From a bacterium (lineage in GTDB: Bacteria; SAR324; NAC60-12), in contig OZ242383.1 of assembly GCA_965209155.1 (NCBI GenBank), forward strand, positions 4,064,001-4,128,000: DNA of 64,000 nucleotides, in the 5' to 3' direction. A program made the position numbers and the translations under genes. Shown one piece after another: positions 59,161 through 64,000 of this stretch. The notes under the pieces were generated by a model. That model did no database searches. It was not told the DNA's origin and saw nothing but the letters and a program-made list of their open reading frames with translations. Positions within the stretch are counted from its first letter, which is position 1, and every line of letters starts with the position of its first letter.

Positions 59161-60157
59161 GCCGGACGTGACGCATACCGAGTTGACATTCCAGTACATG
59201 CGGATCAATCAGCAAGCGGAAACCCTGCTTGGGTTCCTGTTGCGAAAGTTTCGTTACCACGACCGGGAGGAATGGCTCGATCACATCAACGCGGGAAGGT
59301 TGTTGGTCAACCAGAACCAGGGTGATCCCACCCAGTTGCTGAAGAGTGGCCAAATCGTCCGCTATCTCCGTCCGGACTACCTGGAACCCCCGGTGGATCC
59401 TTCTTTCGATGTAATTTATGAGGACGACTACCTGATTGCCGTCAACAAGTCGGGGAACCTGCCTACCAGTCCCTCGGGCAAGTATTTTAAAAACACGCTG
59501 GTACATCTCCTTAAAGAATGGTTGGGATGGCAGAATTTGTACACCCTGCACCGTTTGGACCGGGAAACCAGTGGTGTTTTATTATTTGCCCGTCAAAAAG
59601 AGATTGCGCAGCGTATGGCCGCTCAATTCCGGGAAAATGAAATAAAAAAAACTTATATTGCCATATTGAGCCGTCCTTTGCCTTCGTCCCACGTTTTCGT
59701 TTCTTTGCCAATTGCACGCGATCCAAACAGTATCATTCGTATCAAACAAGGTGTGGTGCCTTCAGGCAAACGCAGTCAAACCCATTTCCGGGAATTGGAA
59801 CGGTCGTTTCGTAGAGGCGCGGCGGAGACAAAAACTGGGAACTACTCAAAAGTGGAAGTGGTTCCCGTGACCGGACGGACCCACCAAATTCGAACGCATG
59901 CCGCCTACCTGGAATGTCCAGTTGCCGGTGATAAACTGTATGGTCTTCAAAATGACGGGTTTGCGCATTGGTTGAAACAGGGAGAAGCATATCTCCGCGA
60001 ACAGCATTTTCCTCTCCATCGCCAGCTATTGCACGCGTCTCGTCTGCAATTCAATCATCCAGTGACTGAAAAAAGAATCAGCCTAGAAGCATCGGACCAC
60101 TCCTTGCTGGCGGATTGTTTTTCCGATTCTTCCCACCTTCCCGGACAAGAGAAATGA
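59150..60157 (+). CDS. RluA family pseudouridine synthase
   Basis: VNKSG, HRLDRETSG, TGRTHQIR, GDKLY and LHA motifs. Confidence 0.93.
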   Translation: MRNKPDVTHTELTFQYMRINQQAETLLGFLLRKFRYHDREEWLDHINAGRLLVNQNQGDPTQLLKSGQIVRYLRPDYLEPPVDPSFDVIYEDDYLIAVNKSGNLPTSPSGKYFKNTLVHLLKEWLGWQNLYTLHRLDRETSGVLLFARQKEIAQRMAAQFRENEIKKTYIAILSRPLPSSHVFVSLPIARDPNSIIRIKQGVVPSGKRSQTHFRELERSFRRGAAETKTGNYSKVEVVPVTGRTHQIRTHAAYLECPVAGDKLYGLQNDGFAHWLKQGEAYLREQHFPLHRQLLHASRLQFNHPVTEKRISLEASDHSLLADCFSDSSHLPGQEK

Positions 60158-61911
60158 ATTCTTTCATTGAAATCGCCCGGTACTGGGCCCATTCCTCCGT
60201 TTTTGATCGAGCCACGCGCCAGGAAGTCCAGAACCTGTTGGATCAACAAGATGAAATAGAACTGGCGGACCGATTTTCAAATCCCCTCGAATTTGGCACT
60301 GCAGGAATGCGGGGAATCATGGCAGCCGGTGTGAACCGGATGAATCGTTATACAGTCCGGCAAGCTACGGAAGGATTGGCATGCTATCTCGAGAAACAGG
60401 CCGACCCTGTCCATGCCGGTGTCGTGATTGGATACGACAGCCGCCACCATTCCGCAGAATTCGCTCGAGCTGCCAGTGAAGTCCTGGCAGCTCACGGTAT
60501 CCCGGTATTTTTATTCCAGGAAATGGCACCCACACCGATGGTCTCCTTTGAAGTAATCCAGCAAAAAGCCATGGCCGGAATCGTCATTACCGCCAGCCAT
60601 AATCCTGCCGATTACAATGGTTATAAAGTCTATTGGAAAAACGGGGGTCAGATTATCCCTCCCGTAGATGAAGGAATCATCGCTGAAGTGCGCAAAGTGA
60701 CCGACCTGGCATCGATTGCAGAAATATCTATCGAAAAAGCGATCGAGCGGGGAATCATTCAAAAATTGACGGAAGATTCAGATGACCGCTACCTGGAAGC
60801 ATTGGAAAATCAGGCACTGGGAGACCCTGCCAAAAACGGCAGGTTAGGTGTGATCTATACATCCCTGCATGGTACCGGGATACGGTCCGTTCCTCCTCTC
60901 TTAAGAAGACGTGGATTCCGGCAATTGAAACTGGTCGAAGCGCAGTGTAAGCCTGATAGCGATTTTTCCACGGTACGCTCCCCCAACCCTGAAGACGCTC
61001 GAGTTTTTGAACTGGCAATAGCCGCCGCCACACCCGAATATGAACTGATATTGACCAACGATCCCGATGCGGACCGGCTTGGAGTGATGGTCCGTCACAA
61101 TACCAAATGGCGCCACCTGAACGGCAACCAGGTTGGGGCAATCTTGCTCGACTACTGGCTGAGCCGACTACGCGTCATGAAGAAACTACCTCGAGATGGG
61201 GTCTTTATCCAGAGCAACGTCTCCTCACCCTTGGGAGCCAAAATTGCCCGCGCTTATGGTCTCACAGTGGTCGAAACCCTGACCGGATTCAAATGGATGC
61301 GCGCAGAAGCTTCGAGAATTGAAAAAGAGGGTACCGGTACATTTGTTTTTGCAATGGAAGAAAGCCTCGGCTACCTGGCCGGGAATCACTGTGGGGATAA
61401 AGACGGCGTGTGGGCCGCCTTGGCGTTCGCGGAAATGACTGCATATTTAAAAGCCCGGGCATTGACCCCGTTGGACCGTTTGCAACAGTTGCATCAGCAA
61501 TTCGGAATTCACCTGGACGACTTGGAAAATCGAACCTTGCCCGGTATTGACGGTCGTCGAAAAATCGAAGCGATCATGCAAGGTTTTCGTCAACATCCGC
61601 CATCCCTTATTGGCGGAATCCGGTTGTTGCGAATTACAGACCTTTTGCAAAATGTGGTGATCCGGCCCGGATCATCCGAAACATTGCCAGGCCCCAATCT
61701 GCCGGTTTCCGATGTGCTTGTCTTCCAGTTGGAGGACGAGGCCCGCGTCATCGTGCGTCCTTCCGGTACGGAACCTAAAATCAAGTACTACTTCAACCTT
61801 TGCGGTGCCGATGAACCAACGTTGCAGAAACGACTGGATGGACTGAAAAATGATTTGCTCTCAGATTTTGAAACAACCCGACGTGGGAAGGCCAGTTCTT
61901 TTAAAGATTGA
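60154..61911 (+). CDS. Phosphoglucomutase/phosphomannomutase family
   Basis: FGTAGMRG, ITASHNP, DPDADR, GFKW and RPSGTEPK motifs. Confidence 0.95.
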   Translation: MNSFIEIARYWAHSSVFDRATRQEVQNLLDQQDEIELADRFSNPLEFGTAGMRGIMAAGVNRMNRYTVRQATEGLACYLEKQADPVHAGVVIGYDSRHHSAEFARAASEVLAAHGIPVFLFQEMAPTPMVSFEVIQQKAMAGIVITASHNPADYNGYKVYWKNGGQIIPPVDEGIIAEVRKVTDLASIAEISIEKAIERGIIQKLTEDSDDRYLEALENQALGDPAKNGRLGVIYTSLHGTGIRSVPPLLRRRGFRQLKLVEAQCKPDSDFSTVRSPNPEDARVFELAIAAATPEYELILTNDPDADRLGVMVRHNTKWRHLNGNQVGAILLDYWLSRLRVMKKLPRDGVFIQSNVSSPLGAKIARAYGLTVVETLTGFKWMRAEASRIEKEGTGTFVFAMEESLGYLAGNHCGDKDGVWAALAFAEMTAYLKARALTPLDRLQQLHQQFGIHLDDLENRTLPGIDGRRKIEAIMQGFRQHPPSLIGGIRLLRITDLLQNVVIRPGSSETLPGPNLPVSDVLVFQLEDEARVIVRPSGTEPKIKYYFNLCGADEPTLQKRLDGLKNDLLSDFETTRRGKASSFKD

Positions 61912-61982
61912 ATGCTCCTGGCGGGAATGATATTTTTTTAATGGAATTCATTGAAGGTGTCGTTAATTGATCAAGGATAATT

Positions 61983-62564
61983 ATGAGTGAGGAAAAACAC
62001 GAAGACAGTTTGGAAATGATGGGTTTGACGGCCAAGGTTCTCAAATCCCGTACTATAATTATTTCAGATCAAGTCGACAAATATCTGGCAAAAAAAGTGC
62101 TCAACCAACTCTTGTTGCTGGAACAGGAAGATGTCCAAAAAGAAATCACCGTTTTTATCAACTGTCCTGGTGGTGAAGTTTTTTCAGGATTTGCCATTTA
62201 TGACGCGCTGCAATTCATCCAATGTCCGGTGACCACCATCGTAGCCGGGTTTGCTGCCAGCATGGGTTCGATTCTGAGCCTGGCAGCCAGTAAAAACCGT
62301 CGTTTCGCCCTCCCCCGTTCCAAAATCATGATCCACCAACCTCTTTTAACCGGATACCAGGGCCGGGCTACCGATCTCGAAATACAAGCCAACGAAATTC
62401 TCAAAACCAGGGATTTCATTATCGACATCTACTGCCAGGCTACGGGAAAAACCTATGAAGAAATCAAGATTGCCATCGATCGCGATAACTGGTTCACGGC
62501 ACAAGAAGCCCTGGCATTCGGTTTGATCGACCGCGTCATTTCCTCCCGCAAAGAGATGTCTTGA
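61983..62564 (+). CDS. clpP: ATP-dependent Clp protease proteolytic subunit
   Basis: IN.PGG, AASMGS, IMIHQP and DRDNW motifs. Confidence 0.94.
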   Translation: MSEEKHEDSLEMMGLTAKVLKSRTIIISDQVDKYLAKKVLNQLLLLEQEDVQKEITVFINCPGGEVFSGFAIYDALQFIQCPVTTIVAGFAASMGSILSLAASKNRRFALPRSKIMIHQPLLTGYQGRATDLEIQANEILKTRDFIIDIYCQATGKTYEEIKIAIDRDNWFTAQEALAFGLIDRVISSRKEMS

Positions 62565-62569
62565 ATCAT

Positions 62570-63586
62570 TCAAATCAGGGGCAGACGGTCCGTCGGATTT
62601 TTTTGCAGAATTTCCTGATCATGGAAATAGCGGATGGTGGTATTCGCCGATGAATGCCGGGCATAGGCCTGTACTTTCTGCAAAGGTTCTCCCAATTGCA
62701 AAGCCAGGGTGATGGCGGTGTGGCGCATCGTATGAGCTGAAATATCCAATCCCAGTGAATTCCCCAGACGCACAACGACGTCGTTGATTCCCTTCCCAGT
62801 CATTTTTTGTCCCAAGGTACGGAAACCCAGAGAGACGAAAACCCAATCTCGCTCCAGATCATAGACGCGTAGGGCATCTCGCCACTTCTGCAATTCGTCG
62901 AACAACTCGCTACGGATTTTTAAACGTTGGGGTACACCGTTTTTTGTATGGTGGAGTAAAGCCACGTGAAATTTTCCATCTTGTCGGATATCACGCCAAC
63001 GTAAATTCGCCGCTTCCCCACGTCGCGCTGCCGTGAAATATAGAAATCGCAAAAGCAGACCATTGCGCCGGCGCATCAACCCCGCCACTCGGGGATCATA
63101 CGTTTCACTGGCATTTGCGCCAATCATCGCGTTCAAATGAGCGATCATCAACGCTCCCTTCGTGCTGACATCCGAGACCTTTTCATTACGAATGACTGAG
63201 GATTTGAATGGATTAGCAGGAAGGTAGCCAAATTCCGTGAGGACCTTGAATACTTTGCGCAGCGCACTCATGGTCTGGTTGATGCTTGCGGGTTTTTTCC
63301 CCTGGGATTTGAGATTGGTTTTATAATCAAGGATGATCAAGCTGTTCAGATTTTGAAGTCCATTTACTCCTTGTTGAGAAAGCCAATTTTGGAATTCCGT
63401 AAAAATACGCGAATATGCCCGCCGGGTATTGGGTTTGTAATCCTCGAACAGCAGCTTCAACGCCTGGGACGGAGAAATTTCCCCTCCAGTATTTTTCGTT
63501 CGATCGTGCGGGGAAGCACCCGAAGTGTCGTTTAATCGGTCCGGTGGGAACCTGTTTAGCTTTTTCAATGGAACGGGGGCATCCAT
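62570..63586 (-). CDS. Tyrosine recombinase/integrase with N-terminal SAM-like domain
   Basis: Catalytic residues R (TAARRGE), K (TKNG), HxxR (HTMRH), H (RHSS) and Y (TTIRY). Confidence 0.92.
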   Translation of the reverse strand: MDAPVPLKKLNRFPPDRLNDTSGASPHDRTKNTGGEISPSQALKLLFEDYKPNTRRAYSRIFTEFQNWLSQQGVNGLQNLNSLIILDYKTNLKSQGKKPASINQTMSALRKVFKVLTEFGYLPANPFKSSVIRNEKVSDVSTKGALMIAHLNAMIGANASETYDPRVAGLMRRRNGLLLRFLYFTAARRGEAANLRWRDIRQDGKFHVALLHHTKNGVPQRLKIRSELFDELQKWRDALRVYDLERDWVFVSLGFRTLGQKMTGKGINDVVVRLGNSLGLDISAHTMRHTAITLALQLGEPLQKVQAYARHSSANTTIRYFHDQEILQKNPTDRLPLI

Positions 63587-63662
63587 CTTGGATTTACTGA
63601 ATTATTTCGTAATCGTTTTAATTTCGAGCCAAAGGATTTTCAACTGGTGGTTGCCGATTCTG

Positions 63663-63836
63663 CCTGCCAGAGTGGCGTCCGCGTTCAAGTCCCCGGAAAC
63701 AGGTATGCAAGAATCCTTCCTTGTTTGCGTATTCCGAAGACTGTCTTCCACAGCGTATTTTCCGAACGTCCAGCACCCTGCCAGCAAGGTGAAGGCCATC
63801 GTCGTAACGATCCCGTGGAAACCATATTCTGCCAGG
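63663..63836. ncRNA. Candidate structured RNA (174 nt), family unassigned
   Basis: The ends pair over about 20 bp (CCTGCCAGAGTGGCGTCCGCG with CGTGGAAACCATATTCTGCCAGG) and there are internal hairpins; no credible ORF. Confidence 0.35.
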
Positions 63837-63900
63837 ATGTCTCCTCAAATCTATGAATAGACACCAAAACATCAATCACATGGTCATGTGTCCACAAGCT

Positions 63901-64000
63901 TTATTGGTGTTTTCCGCGTTGAGGGTCTTTGAATTGACGATGCACTTCCATGAGGAATCGAGGAATAGGAAGTTCTTCCGGACATCGTGGCAGGCAATCG
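63901..64000 (-). CDS. 3' end of a probable Fe-S-containing aldo/keto reductase (partial)
   Basis: Manual translation DCLPRCPEELPIPRFLMEVH...* resembles the C-terminal 4Fe-4S segment of such enzymes. Confidence 0.5.
   Translation of the reverse strand, partial: DCLPRCPEELPIPRFLMEVHRQFKDPQRGKHQ

Noticed and set aside
62570..63586. Integron integrase or prophage integrase
   Set aside because: It lacks the IntI-specific insertion before HxxR; no att/tRNA site, dif site or phage genes were seen.

Overview
Bacterial chromosomal window with no rRNA, tRNA or CRISPR array seen. The housekeeping genes look deltaproteobacterial or SAR324-like; that is inference and was not checked. Layout: (1) 1-10.7 kb is a mosaic of oxidoreductases and orphan gene fragments. 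It includes a dimethylformamidase-like gene missed by the ORF track, a four-helix-bundle gene inside IS200-like ends, and an intact IS256 with IRs and a 9-bp target duplication. (2) 10.8-17.6 kb is a collapsed type III-like restriction-modification locus (res and mod remnants, with the mod 3' end present twice). It is packed with candidate defence cassettes: ABC-ATPase+PD-(D/E)XK nuclease, DUF262+HEPN, a broken ATPase+DUF4276 pair and a second ATPase. (3) pstSCAB-phoU and phoB with candidate Pho boxes, a PurD-like gene and an OmpA/MotB gene. (4) A long minus-strand operon: ExbB/TolQ-like, two ExbD-like, IMP cyclohydrolase, HDAC, MoxR, DUF58, trpD. (5) 37.7-47.7 kb is a second defence island with a SEFIR/TIR gene, a compact Ubl-E2-JAB/E1 ubiquitination-like operon whose Ubl lacks a C-terminal glycine, DUF2971, frameshifted FRG-TPR and pentapeptide genes, and a type II RM pair. 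(6) Housekeeping genes (ydiJ-like, rpsU, ispE, ribH, pcm, galU, rluA-family, phosphomutase, clpP) and a tyrosine recombinase preceded by a candidate structured RNA. A palindromic MITE-like repeat family recurs through the window. All family assignments come from motif recognition, not database searches.
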